Virus record (IMG/VR): IMGVR_UViG_2684623061_000002
Coordinates: 15,870-79,869 of that record
Length of the DNA stretch: 64,000 nucleotides
DNA from: a virus
Taxonomy: Duplodnaviria; Caudoviricetes
Strand: one strand, 5' to 3'
Of the stretch, positions 27,347 through 35,855 are shown one piece after another. The notes beneath the pieces are model-generated. The model was not told where the DNA came from. It saw only the letters and a program-made list of their open reading frames with translations, and ran no database searches. The stretch's first letter is position 1. Each line of letters starts with the position of its first letter. Position numbers and translations under genes: made by a program.

Positions 27347-28323
27347 GCTGCGGCCCTCAGGTCTCGTTTGGCCTCGAGGTAGGGGCGGATGAAGACGCTC
27401 GCCGGCCTCGGGTCGATCGCGTTTCCGAGGGCGCGCAGCTTAGCCACTCGGGCGGGTATCCCATTACCCAGCCAGCGAACTCGGGGTGGAGGGAGCGCCC
27501 GCCATTTTCCGTCGGGGCATTCGACGTAATGGCGGCCGTCGATACCTGCGACGGCAGCGGCGAACCCCCGGCTCCGAAACTCATGCTCGGTCCACCCTTC
27601 GCCCCATCCGAGGCCCGCAAGGTCGACCACAGGGCGAGCACCACCTCGTTCAAAGGCCTGGCGTTGCGCGACAAGGTTGCTTCGCTCGCCGCCGCCGACT
27701 TCCAATCCCTCGCTGTCGCTGTCGCTGTCGCTGTCGGCCAGAGGCCGAGCAGGATTGATCGGATCGCCACCTGCCCCGCAGAGTTGCCCCCCTCGTTGTT
27801 GCCATTGCGCGCCGGCGCGTTGCTGGTCATCGTCGGCCACAATCCAATAGCGATCCCGGAAATGGTCCGCGTCTGCGCTCGCGGCTTCGACTGGTCGCGC
27901 TGCCACGGCGTAACCCATGGCTTCCAGGTCACCGAACAGGAGACCGAGCCACTGAGTAGCGCTCGCAACTTGCTCTCCAAAGAGCACGCTAGGGCGGCGC
28001 TGCTGGATGAGGTGCTGCCATGCCGGCCAGAGATGCCGCTCGTCTTCAAACCCAGCGCCTTTACCTGCGACGCTGAAAGGCTGGCAAGGGCAGCTACCAG
28101 TCCAGACGGGCTGATCGTCCGGCCATCCGGCAAGACGAAGGGCGTAAGACCATCCCCCGATGCCGGCAAAGAAATGACACTGGGTGAACTCGGTGAGTTC
28201 GTCGGGTCGGACATCCTCGATGCTCCTTTCGTCGACCACGCCAGGCGCGATCAGGCCGGCTTCAATGAGGTTGCGCAGCCACTGCGCAGCGTAGGGGTCG
28301 AACTCGTTGTAGTAGGCCGTCAT
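27343..28323 (-). CDS. DNA (cytosine-5)-methyltransferase, catalytic chain
   Basis: HFFAGIGG (motif I), GSCPCQPFS (IV), GEQV (VI), HFRDRY (VIII), LRALGNAI (X). Confidence 0.9.
   Translation of the reverse strand: MTAYYNEFDPYAAQWLRNLIEAGLIAPGVVDERSIEDVRPDELTEFTQCHFFAGIGGWSYALRLAGWPDDQPVWTGSCPCQPFSVAGKGAGFEDERHLWPAWQHLIQQRRPSVLFGEQVASATQWLGLLFGDLEAMGYAVAARPVEAASADADHFRDRYWIVADDDQQRAGAQWQQRGGQLCGAGGDPINPARPLADSDSDSDSEGLEVGGGERSNLVAQRQAFERGGARPVVDLAGLGWGEGWTEHEFRSRGFAAAVAGIDGRHYVECPDGKWRALPPPRVRWLGNGIPARVAKLRALGNAIDPRPASVFIRPYLEAKRDLRAAA
27357..28214 (-). CDS. Nested alternative-frame ORF: putative MTase second chain (TRD plus motif IX)
   Basis: LWPT/LWPT/LWST repeats and LHPEFAGWVMGYPPEW; true start uncertain. 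Confidence 0.65.
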   Translation of the reverse strand: MSDPTNSPSSPSVISLPASGDGLTPFVLPDGRTISPSGLVAALASLSASQVKALGLKTSGISGRHGSTSSSSAALACSLESKLRALLSGSVSCSVTWKPWVTPWQRDQSKPRAQTRTISGIAIGLWPTMTSNAPARNGNNEGGNSAGQVAIRSILLGLWPTATATATARDWKSAAASEATLSRNARPLNEVVLALWSTLRASDGAKGGPSMSFGAGGSPLPSQVSTAAITSNAPTENGGRSLHPEFAGWVMGYPPEWLSCAPSETRSTRGRRASSSAPTSRPNET

Positions 28324-28544
28324 GCTTTGCTCCACGGCCATTTGAAGTTGAAGATGTCTTGGAGGAAGACCCAGGGTTTGAGCAGGCCGGCGTTCACGAT
28401 GAACTCTGGGCCGGCGTTGCAGCCCTCCAGGATCTCGACTCCATGCGAGCGCCAGTAGTCCAGGTTCGCCGGATCGTCCAGCACCTCGAACCAGAACGAG
28501 GACGTTGCCGTCTTGACGTGCAGGTGCAGCCACTTCTTAGTCAT
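28320..28544 (-). CDS. Hypothetical protein
   Basis: Coupled ORF in the early left operon. Confidence 0.55.
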   Translation of the reverse strand: MTKKWLHLHVKTATSSFWFEVLDDPANLDYWRSHGVEILEGCNAGPEFIVNAGLLKPWVFLQDIFNFKWPWSKA

Positions 28545-29007
28545 GCCCATCCCTCTCGGCGGCGCGGGCGGCGTAGTTCGAAACGATGGATTCCACGGCC
28601 ACGCGCAAGAACGCATCGGGACACGCCAGGCGGTCAAGGTCAGTTCTCACCTTCTCGGCCAGAGCCCATGCGTCATCTCGCGCTATCGCCGCATCCTCGT
28701 CGTCCTGCGAGGGCGGGGCGGAGTAGAGCTTCGTGCCGACAGGAGGGCGCCCATGCGACGGTGGATTGGCCCACACAATTTCAACGCCAACCGCGTTGGA
28801 CACGACGACGGCTACCTCCTGCGCGCCCTCCGGCGCTGCGGCGTCGATCTCGAAAGCGCGGCGCAACACCTCGGCCTCAACCCCGCGCCGCCAGTTGTAG
28901 ACGGAGCTTCCACGCTGGCGATCTTCGTCGCCGCGAGGCATTGCAACCGTAGCTTCGGCGTACTCAAGGAACGCGTGCGCAATCGCGCGATCCGAGGGCC
29001 GGCTCAT
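28537..29007 (-). CDS. Hypothetical protein
   Basis: Coupled ORF in the early left operon. Confidence 0.6.
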   Translation of the reverse strand: MSRPSDRAIAHAFLEYAEATVAMPRGDEDRQRGSSVYNWRRGVEAEVLRRAFEIDAAAPEGAQEVAVVVSNAVGVEIVWANPPSHGRPPVGTKLYSAPPSQDDEDAAIARDDAWALAEKVRTDLDRLACPDAFLRVAVESIVSNYAARAAERDGHD

Positions 29008-29471
29008 GACTCTCTCCAGGTCGTTCCGTTGCGAATGTATTGAATGGTCCTTCGGCTAACCCCGAAGCGCCTCAGTAGAATTCTGGTTGGCTCGGAAGAA
29101 GCGCGTATTGACGCAACATCGGCCTCATCGAGTCTTGCTCGACCATTAGAGCTACCGCTAAGCGAAGCCTGCCGGCCTTTGTTAGTCATGTCGGACATGT
29201 TCTCGTCATGGCTCCCAAGGAACAAATGCGATGGGTTTACACACAGCCGCGTATCGCATTTGTGACACACCAGTTGCCCAGGCGGGATCTCTCCGTTATG
29301 CGTCGAATAAAAGAGCCGATGAGCCATAACAGATCGGCCATTACGAATGCATTGGCCGTACCCCTTCGTGCAAACGCGACCCAGCCAGAGCCAGCACCCA
29401 GCCTCCGGAACTGGCGTGTAGTTGCTCAGGGCGCGCTCAGTGAAGCTTTCTCGGCACAGGCGGTCAGTCAT
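29004..29471 (-). CDS. HNH homing-type endonuclease
   Basis: GCWLWLG, AHRLFY, VCHKCDTRLCVNPSHLFLGSHDENM, C-terminal HTH. Confidence 0.9.
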   Translation of the reverse strand: MTDRLCRESFTERALSNYTPVPEAGCWLWLGRVCTKGYGQCIRNGRSVMAHRLFYSTHNGEIPPGQLVCHKCDTRLCVNPSHLFLGSHDENMSDMTNKGRQASLSGSSNGRARLDEADVASIRASSEPTRILLRRFGVSRRTIQYIRNGTTWRES

Positions 29472-29610
29472 GGAATGTCTCCGCGATCAAGGCCGTTGCG
29501 GCTAGCGCCAGGAGCGCAAAGAATCCGCCCGCAAAGGGGCTTGCGAATATGGCTACCACTGCCGCTATCGCCCACGGGAAGGCCAGTGCGCACGCAGTCG
29601 TGATCTTCAT
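29464..29610 (-). CDS. 48-aa hydrophobic membrane peptide
   Basis: MKITTACALAFPWAIAAVVAIFASPFAGGFFALLALAATALIAETFHD; overlaps both neighbours. Confidence 0.55.
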   Translation of the reverse strand: MKITTACALAFPWAIAAVVAIFASPFAGGFFALLALAATALIAETFHD

Positions 29611-30344
29611 CACTCCCCCTGCTTCAGCGCGGCGGTGAGGGCGGCATCGACCAGTTCAGCCATGCGGCTATCGTCGTTGGTGATGATGTGGAAGTCGTCC
29701 GGACCCATCGTGTTGTATGACCACGCGCTCCACACTCGCGTGCAGTCCATCGCATCACCGAGAGCATCAGCCAATGCATCCAAAACGCGCTGGCGCTGGC
29801 CCTCATCGACCACCACCGAAGGCGCAGCGGCCACGTCCCAAGTGTCGGCCTTGCCGCGCGTTTCGACCCGCTCGACACCTACGGTCGGAACATCGGCCGG
29901 ACGCCAGATACAGCCGCACGCGTGGCACAGGTGCGAGCGATGCGGCGGGTTCGTCCAGTCGGCCACCTCGGCGAAGCCATCGCCGGACGGAATGTCGCGG
30001 GTCTCGGGCGCGTCGATGTGCTGCTTCCCGCAGATCGGGCACAGCAAGATCATCGGGATCGGTTCCGCCACCGGCTCAGCGGGCGCGGCGGCGAGCATGG
30101 CCTCGCGGCACTTGTTCCAGCCCGCGTTGAACGCATCGTCATCGCCGTTGCCGTCGTCGGGCAGGCGCTTATCCGGCACCAGCAACACCCCGGCCGGCGC
30201 GGTGGGCTGCGCCTCGCCGGCTGCGGTGAGGAGGGCGACAACCTCAGCGGCAACCGACTCCGTCTTTTCGCGCAAGCCGTGCCCAATACGATCAGCAAGC
30301 AACTTCGCGACTTGGTCTCGCAATCCGATCTCGGTGGTGTTCAT
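29610..30344 (-). CDS. Hypothetical mosaic protein with a Zn-ribbon segment
   Basis: CPICGKQHID, HLCHACG; GGAGG RBS; alternative in-frame start at 30518. Confidence 0.6.
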   Translation of the reverse strand: MNTTEIGLRDQVAKLLADRIGHGLREKTESVAAEVVALLTAAGEAQPTAPAGVLLVPDKRLPDDGNGDDDAFNAGWNKCREAMLAAAPAEPVAEPIPMILLCPICGKQHIDAPETRDIPSGDGFAEVADWTNPPHRSHLCHACGCIWRPADVPTVGVERVETRGKADTWDVAAAPSVVVDEGQRQRVLDALADALGDAMDCTRVWSAWSYNTMGPDDFHIITNDDSRMAELVDAALTAALKQGE

Positions 30345-30570
30345 GTCGTTCTCCTCCGCGCGGTCGGCCTTCTTCAAATCGGCGATCAGCGGGATCAGGT
30401 TGTAGAAGCGGTTCGCGATGGCCTTGTCACCTTGCCTACCTCGCACCGCGTAGAAGTCGCCGTCGAACAGGGCCTGCGACAGGAGGGCTCGGTAGGCGGT
30501 GGCGCGTTCTGGAGTCATAGAAGTGATGCCGGCACGGTGGGGGAGGTCAGGGCCGCGCCGGCATCTGGGG

Positions 30571-30882
30571 TCAGACGGTGAGGCGTTCGAGGATCGAGCC
30601 GATGTGCGAGTTGATGTCGCGCTGGGAGCCGATGCGGTCGTCGAGTTCGCCGCACAGAGCAGAGGGGGCGAGGCGACCCGCAGCTTCCTTCGCCGCATTG
30701 GTGGGCGGATGGCTACCGAGGATGGAGTCGAGCCTGCTCTCCAGTTCCGACAGCAACCTGTTGGTCGCGGCCTGGTCTTCGCGCAACTCCAGGATGCGCG
30801 ACATCGTTTGCGACGCCGGCTGTGCCTGCGGCGTTGCGCTCGCACCGACGCTGTTGACGGGGTTGGTGCTGTAATTGCTCAT
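30571..30882 (-). CDS. Hypothetical coiled-coil protein
   Basis: GGAG RBS; 103 aa. Confidence 0.55.
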   Translation of the reverse strand: MSNYSTNPVNSVGASATPQAQPASQTMSRILELREDQAATNRLLSELESRLDSILGSHPPTNAAKEAAGRLAPSALCGELDDRIGSQRDINSHIGSILERLTV

Positions 30883-30978
30883 GTGGTTCTCCAAGGAATA
30901 CAACGGGGAAGATCGACACCCGACGCGCCGCACGGGTCACGGATTCCGGCAGCGGCGCCGGGTGTCGAGGGGGAGGGG

Positions 30979-31272
30979 TTACCAGGGGATGTCGTCTTCG
31001 GCGAAGTCGTCCTTCTTGGACGGCGGCGCTTCGCGACGCTGCGGTCGCGCCTGGCGTTCGGTGCGCTGCTCGCCATCGCGCTTCGGCTCGAAGCAGTACA
31101 GGCGACCATCAAACCAACTGCCGGTCGGAGTCGCGTGCAGCTCGATCGACAGGCCGCCGTCATCCCACTCGGTCAGGCGACCGACGTTGATCCAGTGCTT
31201 CTTCTCTTCGCCGTTGCCGGTGGTATACGGGCGTCCCGCACAAACATCGAGACGGCGCTTGGGGCTGGCCAT
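30979..31272 (-). CDS. Small SSB-like protein
   Basis: Acidic tail DDFAEDDIPW; downstream of the exonuclease. Confidence 0.65.
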   Translation of the reverse strand: MASPKRRLDVCAGRPYTTGNGEEKKHWINVGRLTEWDDGGLSIELHATPTGSWFDGRLYCFEPKRDGEQRTERQARPQRREAPPSKKDDFAEDDIPW

Positions 31273-31952
31273 TAGGCGGCTTCCTTGTTGTTGAGTTGGT
31301 CGACGATGGCGCGGACTTCTGCGTCCAACGAAATGCAGGCGTCGGCGAGCTTCGCGATGTAGGGCTCGTCGCGTTCGACGCGCTGGATATACAGCCGCAA
31401 GTGCGGCGGGAAGTCGGGGTGGAAGGACACGAAGTCCCACCAGTTGCGGCCGGTGACCCACAGGCCGCCCTGGATCTGCTCGATGTGCTCGGAGGGCAGA
31501 CCGCTGGCGAGGGTGGTCAGATGCACCTCGGACGACTCGGGGCACTTGATTTCGCCGCCGCCGAATCCGCCCCGAGTGACGGCGGAGCCAACAGTGAAAT
31601 CAGGTGACGCGCCGATAAAGTCATAGAACGGGTGGACGATGAAGCCACAGCGCTCGACGATCACGCCCGTCTCTGCCTCGTACGCTGCCTGTGCGGCCGG
31701 CTCCACGTCCTGGCCCCACTGCAACGCCCACGCCTTGACCTGCTTCCGCGGCTTGCCAGTGATGCGCTCGGCGGCGAGCTGGTGGATGTAGTCGGTCCGA
31801 GCCTTGAGCGGTACAGAGACCTTCGGCTGACCCTTCCGCGGTCCCGACTTCCAGACGCCCTCGCCGACGGTGAAGGCCATCACGTCCGACATGCGGGACG
31901 CCGTTATGCGGCCACAACGGGCGTCAAACCATGCCTCGCTGCGCTGTTCCAT
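31272..31952 (-). CDS. Lambda-exonuclease / YqaJ family protein
   Basis: EQRSEAWFDARCGRITAS, GASPDF, EIKCP, QIQGGLWVTGR. Confidence 0.92.
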   Translation of the reverse strand: MEQRSEAWFDARCGRITASRMSDVMAFTVGEGVWKSGPRKGQPKVSVPLKARTDYIHQLAAERITGKPRKQVKAWALQWGQDVEPAAQAAYEAETGVIVERCGFIVHPFYDFIGASPDFTVGSAVTRGGFGGGEIKCPESSEVHLTTLASGLPSEHIEQIQGGLWVTGRNWWDFVSFHPDFPPHLRLYIQRVERDEPYIAKLADACISLDAEVRAIVDQLNNKEAA

Positions 31953-32815
31953 TACTCGGACTCCTGCGCCATGTCGGCTTCGTCCTGCGCGCGCGCGTCG
32001 GCACCGTCGGCCAGATTCTTGAAGGCCGTCATCTGGTCCGTGACGAGGACGCGCTTCTCGCGGGGCCATTCCTTCCACATGGCATTGAATGCGGCGGCGC
32101 CCTTGCGTGCGGTCTCTTCAGCTTCCCTGAGAGCGGCGGCGCGCTCCGGGCTGTCATCCGGCACGATCTGTTGCACGGCCGCCGCAGCAGCGGCGCTGGC
32201 TCGCGGCATCGACTGTCCGATCAGCTCCGCGACGACCTCGTCCGGCAAGTCCTCGATGTCCTGGGTGAAGATGTCCGACGCCGCGGTCGCCGTGATCACG
32301 GCATCGACCTGCGCGCGCTTCTTGGCCATCTTCAGGATGGTGTTGCCCACGTCGGCCGGGTTGGTTCGGACCTGCTTCACGTCGCCGTTGTTGCGCGTGA
32401 ACTTGATCCGGCGGCGGTTCTCGGGGGTGGCGTCGAATTCCTTCTGATTGACGGCCGCGCGCCACGCGTACTTGTCTTCCTGGCTGCTGCACTCGCCAAG
32501 GCCTTCGCCGACGAAATCGCCGTTGGCCGTGACCAGGGACACGAAGACACGGTAGTGAATCTCGCCGCCTTGGCTCATATCTTCGACGCGCGGCTTTGCG
32601 CCGAGCCGGAAGGTCGCCATCAGCTTTTCGGCGCCGGCCTTCCACAGGCTCTTGCCGTTGGTGCCCGGAATCTTGCCGTAATGGGTGCCTTCGATCATGA
32701 CCTCGCGCATCACGTCCTGCACGAGATTGACCTGCGCGCGCACGTCTGCGGCAGTAAGCGAGCGCGAGCCGTAGTTCTCGACGGCCGGCTGGAATTGGAC
32801 AACTTGGTTGCTCAT
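31952..32815 (-). CDS. Putative single-strand annealing / recombination protein
   Basis: Position next to the exonuclease; GTHYGKIPG, KAGAEKL, NTILKMAKKRA. Confidence 0.6.
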   Translation of the reverse strand: MSNQVVQFQPAVENYGSRSLTAADVRAQVNLVQDVMREVMIEGTHYGKIPGTNGKSLWKAGAEKLMATFRLGAKPRVEDMSQGGEIHYRVFVSLVTANGDFVGEGLGECSSQEDKYAWRAAVNQKEFDATPENRRRIKFTRNNGDVKQVRTNPADVGNTILKMAKKRAQVDAVITATAASDIFTQDIEDLPDEVVAELIGQSMPRASAAAAAAVQQIVPDDSPERAAALREAEETARKGAAAFNAMWKEWPREKRVLVTDQMTAFKNLADGADARAQDEADMAQESE

Positions 32816-32827
32816 AGCATTCTCTCG

Positions 32828-33301
32828 TTACGCCGCTTTGCGGCTGTCGATGTACTCGTCGAACGTGTCCCTGGCCTTCTCGGACCAAACCACGCCGCGC
32901 TCGTTGCCTTCTGCGCGAACGAAGGTCAGGAAGTCGGCCATCTTTCGCTTGCCGTACTTGCTCGTGCTGGCGCCGACCATTACGGAGCCGCCGCTCAGCC
33001 CTTGGGCCGTCTCGGTCTGCTGTTCGAATGCCGCAGTCAGCACGGCCTTCCACGACTCCTTGCTCATCAGGTCGATGACCCAATGGCCGGCGACGGTGTG
33101 CGGCCAAGGAACCTGCTTCGCGAAGTCGGTCAGCGCCGGCCACATCGCCGCGTTCTGGTCGAGCGTCCGCGTCAGTTCGCTGAGCCGTACCTCCACCTCG
33201 CCGCGCTCAGCCCAGAGGCGCAGGGCCGCGATCGCGCGCTCAGCCACCTCGCGCCAGCGCGGGTTGGTGTGGCGGACGATGAAGGTCTCGCGCTCACTCA
33301 T
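32828..33301 (-). CDS. ninB: NinB-family recombination protein
   Basis: RTLDQNAAMWPALTDFAKQVPW, WKAVLTA, STSKYG, GVVWSE. Confidence 0.85.
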   Translation of the reverse strand: MSERETFIVRHTNPRWREVAERAIAALRLWAERGEVEVRLSELTRTLDQNAAMWPALTDFAKQVPWPHTVAGHWVIDLMSKESWKAVLTAAFEQQTETAQGLSGGSVMVGASTSKYGKRKMADFLTFVRAEGNERGVVWSEKARDTFDEYIDSRKAA

Positions 33302-33512
33302 GGCGGCAAGCACTCAGCACGAACGCGAGGACGGTGATCAGGCCGGCGAACCCAGCAAGGCCCGAGAGGACGTACGGGTGCGGGAACCACAGCGCGAAGG
33401 CGAGGCCGGCCATCAGCGCGTGCGCCAGGAAATAGGCCAGCCAGTCGCGCCACGTCATCGGCAGCGACAGCTCGCGGCCCTCGCGGGGGTTTGGTTCGAT
33501 CTGGGCGGTCAT
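33294..33512 (-). CDS. Small membrane protein
   Basis: Two hydrophobic segments. Confidence 0.5.
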   Translation of the reverse strand: MTAQIEPNPREGRELSLPMTWRDWLAYFLAHALMAGLAFALWFPHPYVLSGLAGFAGLITVLAFVLSACRHE

Positions 33513-33517
33513 GACGG

Positions 33518-34297
33518 TCAGGCCGCGGCTTTGTCGAGAGCAGCAAACAGGGCGTCGCGCTCAGCGATCCACGCCGCCGACCATGCCGCCGACCATGCCG
33601 ATGCCGACCACGCCGCCGACCACGCCGCCGACTCCGCCGCCGACCTCGCCGCCGACTCCGCCGCCGACCTCGCCGACCACGCCGCCGACCACGCCGCCGA
33701 CCTCGCCGCCGACTCCGCCGCCGACCTCGCCGACCTCGCCGACCACGCCGCCGACTCCGCCGCCGACTCCGCCGCCGACAGCTCGCACGAGTTGCCACCG
33801 GCAGCGGCCTCGTGGGCGCGTCGGCCAACTTCCAGCGCGGCAATGACGCCCTGAATGGCTTCGGTCACGCCATGGGTGTGCTTGGCTTCCAGCGCCTTGC
33901 GCTGCTCGATGAGCATTCGGTCGATACGGGCGACGGCCAGCCAATGCTGCACCGGCTCCAAGTTGACGCCGACGGGGATTCGCTTAGCGAGTTCGACATG
34001 GAAGCTGACGCGCTCGGCCTGCGGCAGGCCCTCGAACATGGAGTCCTGCAGCTGGATCAGCCATTCGGGAAGCCCGCGCGCTTCGGCGACGATCGCATGC
34101 CAGTCGCCGTACCTTTCCGGATCGATGTCGTGCGCGAAGCAGCCGACGGAACAGCCGCGGAATTCGGCGCCTTTGCCGGTCCCGTAGGTGCCGGACGCCA
34201 GCATGTCCGCTGCGGCGTGGTGTTCGGCCTGGGCGACATGCTCGGCCTTGAGGGCGGCGTCGCCGTGGAAGGAGAGGGCGGTTTCGATGGTGGTCAT
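33518..34297 (-). CDS. Hypothetical protein with a C-terminal SAA(W/E/R) repeat tract
   Basis: 259 aa; globular N-terminus with GCSVGC; about 19 short repeats. Confidence 0.8.
   Translation of the reverse strand: MTTIETALSFHGDAALKAEHVAQAEHHAAADMLASGTYGTGKGAEFRGCSVGCFAHDIDPERYGDWHAIVAEARGLPEWLIQLQDSMFEGLPQAERVSFHVELAKRIPVGVNLEPVQHWLAVARIDRMLIEQRKALEAKHTHGVTEAIQGVIAALEVGRRAHEAAAGGNSCELSAAESAAESAAWSARSARSAAESAARSAAWSAAWSARSAAESAARSAAESAAWSAAWSASAWSAAWSAAWIAERDALFAALDKAAA
33569..33779. repeat. Coding minisatellite of 12-nt and 9-nt units
   Basis: (CCA/CTC/CCT)-CGC-CGC-CGA units in tandem. Confidence 0.9.
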
Positions 34298-34318
34298 GTT
34301 CGATTCCTTCGGGTTGGG

Positions 34319-34534
34319 TCAGGCGCGAGGAACGCGCGGTTCTTTGGCAAAGGCGGTAAGGACGCAGCGCGGGCGCTGCTCCGCGTACTGGCGCAGGTCT
34401 TTGCGCGCGGCGGCGATGTCGAGGTGAGGGCCCAGTTCGGCGATCCGCGCGTCGCTCAGCGCGTCGACGACCGCCAGGGCCTCGCGGATCAGGAAGCGGG
34501 ACTCGCGCGCGCGGGCTTCGTGGGTGCGGCTCAT
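34319..34534 (-). CDS. Hypothetical protein
   Basis: Coupled ORF in the early left operon. Confidence 0.5.
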   Translation of the reverse strand: MSRTHEARARESRFLIREALAVVDALSDARIAELGPHLDIAAARKDLRQYAEQRPRCVLTAFAKEPRVPRA

Positions 34535-34884
34535 GGCGCGGCACCGAAGCGGGCGACAGCGTCCCGGCGGCGGGTGATCGCTTCGCGCAGCCGCTGCTGT
34601 GCGGCGCGATCTTCATGGTCCGAGCCGTAGCCGATGTTGGCGAGGCACAGAGCTTCGTCGTACTCCCGATCCGCCTCGACGAGCTCGGCCACGGCGGAAT
34701 CGCGCTGGGCAAGCGCAGCTTCGGCGTCCTCGACCCGACGCTTTGTCGCGGCGAGTAGTCCCAAGAGGGCGCCGGCCAGGCTGTTGGCGTCGTCACGATC
34801 GATGTAGCCGCCGTCTTCGTGCGGGGACATGCTCCCGGGATAAGCCGACCGGTACGCGATCACATCCACAGTGGGCTCAGACAT
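34531..34884 (-). CDS. Hypothetical protein
   Basis: GAGGA RBS; coupled to neighbours. Confidence 0.55.
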   Translation of the reverse strand: MSEPTVDVIAYRSAYPGSMSPHEDGGYIDRDDANSLAGALLGLLAATKRRVEDAEAALAQRDSAVAELVEADREYDEALCLANIGYGSDHEDRAAQQRLREAITRRRDAVARFGAAP

Positions 34885-35254
34885 GGTGGGGTTCCTCGGT
34901 GGTGACGCGAGCGATGGCGGCATTTGCGGTGTCGACAGCCTCCGTCAGCGCTTCCGAAAGCTCCTGCAGATCCATCGAATCAGGGCCACCGACGCGCAGC
35001 GCGCGAGAGAGTCCGCCGATGTGGTCAAGCGCAGCGAATAAATCCGGCGCTGCGGCGATCAGGCGAGCATTTGCCCAGCCACGCGCGAGCGGCCTGGTCC
35101 CGGTCTTCCGGCCGTCCGGATCGCAAACGTCCCGTTCGACGTGCGCAATGCCGCAGACGAAGTAGTTGCCGCCGTCGCCTACGATCTCGACGCCGTGCAG
35201 GCCGTAGCCCTTTCCCGTCGACCAGGGCCCCGGAGTGAAGGCGGGGGCGCTCAT
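34877..35254 (-). CDS. Phage protein of the TPGPW...ANARLIAAAPDL family
   Basis: Motifs FTPGPW and ANARLIAAAPDL. Confidence 0.75.
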   Translation of the reverse strand: MSAPAFTPGPWSTGKGYGLHGVEIVGDGGNYFVCGIAHVERDVCDPDGRKTGTRPLARGWANARLIAAAPDLFAALDHIGGLSRALRVGGPDSMDLQELSEALTEAVDTANAAIARVTTEEPHHV

Positions 35255-35448
35255 GCCGAAACCGCCTGCGCGACGAGCTGCGCGCGTGCGGCCTGCGCGG
35301 CCGCGATCAGCTGGTCGAACTGCTCGACGGTCAGCGTCAGCGACACCGTCTCGTGCGCGGTGCGCACCCACACCGTGCCGTCGTCGTCGTCCATCAGGCG
35401 CGACTCGACGCAGCGGTCCTCGCCCAGGATGTGAAGGGAAATGCTCAT
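35251..35448 (-). CDS. Hypothetical protein
   Basis: ATGA-coupled on both sides. Confidence 0.5.
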   Translation of the reverse strand: MSISLHILGEDRCVESRLMDDDDGTVWVRTAHETVSLTLTVEQFDQLIAAAQAARAQLVAQAVSA

Positions 35449-35696
35449 GCAGCGCGCTCCAGCGCCGATCGCGGCGCGATGTCAGTAGGAAGAGGGGAGG
35501 GGCGCATCGCACGCGCCCGCAGCCGGCGGTACTCGCCCTGCGCGTGACGGCCCAGGAAGCAGCGGTACTCGTTCGAGGGATCCCGGCGCAGGCTCAGCGC
35601 GTCCGCTCGCTGGCGGCGCAGCTGGTCGAGGAGGTCCAGGCTCGGGAGCGGCGCTGCGACCTGGTTGCTGCTCTGCGACATGTCCGTCTGCCCCAA
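35445..35696 (-). CDS. Hypothetical protein, first gene of the left operon
   Basis: Directly downstream of the PL-like promoter; start uncertain. Confidence 0.45.
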   Translation of the reverse strand: MGQTDMSQSSNQVAAPLPSLDLLDQLRRQRADALSLRRDPSNEYRCFLGRHAQGEYRRLRARAMRPSPLPTDIAPRSALERAA

Positions 35697-35720
35697 TGGC
35701 TGTGGTTGGCCGATTGGGTT

Positions 35721-35762
35721 AGATTACCAAACGGTAATGGTGTGTCAATACCAAAAGGTAAT
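35721..35762 (-). promoter_or_regulatory. PL/OL-like promoter with two operators
   Basis: Minus-strand TTGACA and TAATCT; operators ATTACCAAACGGTAAT (35723-35738) and AATACCAAAAGGTAAT (35747-35762). Confidence 0.8.
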
Positions 35763-35810
35763 ATTTCTTCGACAATTTTATGAACAGGGGAATCGCCGCC
35801 CCCACATAGC

Positions 35811-35832
35811 AAAAACCCCGCCGGAGCGGGGT
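35811..35832 (-). terminator. Intrinsic terminator of the immunity operon
   Basis: ACCCCGC-TCCG-GCGGGGT followed by a T tract on the minus strand. Confidence 0.75.
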
Positions 35833-35855
35833 CTTGGGTCAACGTGAGAGGAGGG

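Noticed and set aside
27343-28323. Frameshifted MTase pseudogene
   Set aside because: Both frames are open throughout and motif X stays in the main frame, which fits nested coding better
33569-33779. CRISPR array
   Set aside because: Contiguous 9-12 nt coding units with no unique spacers
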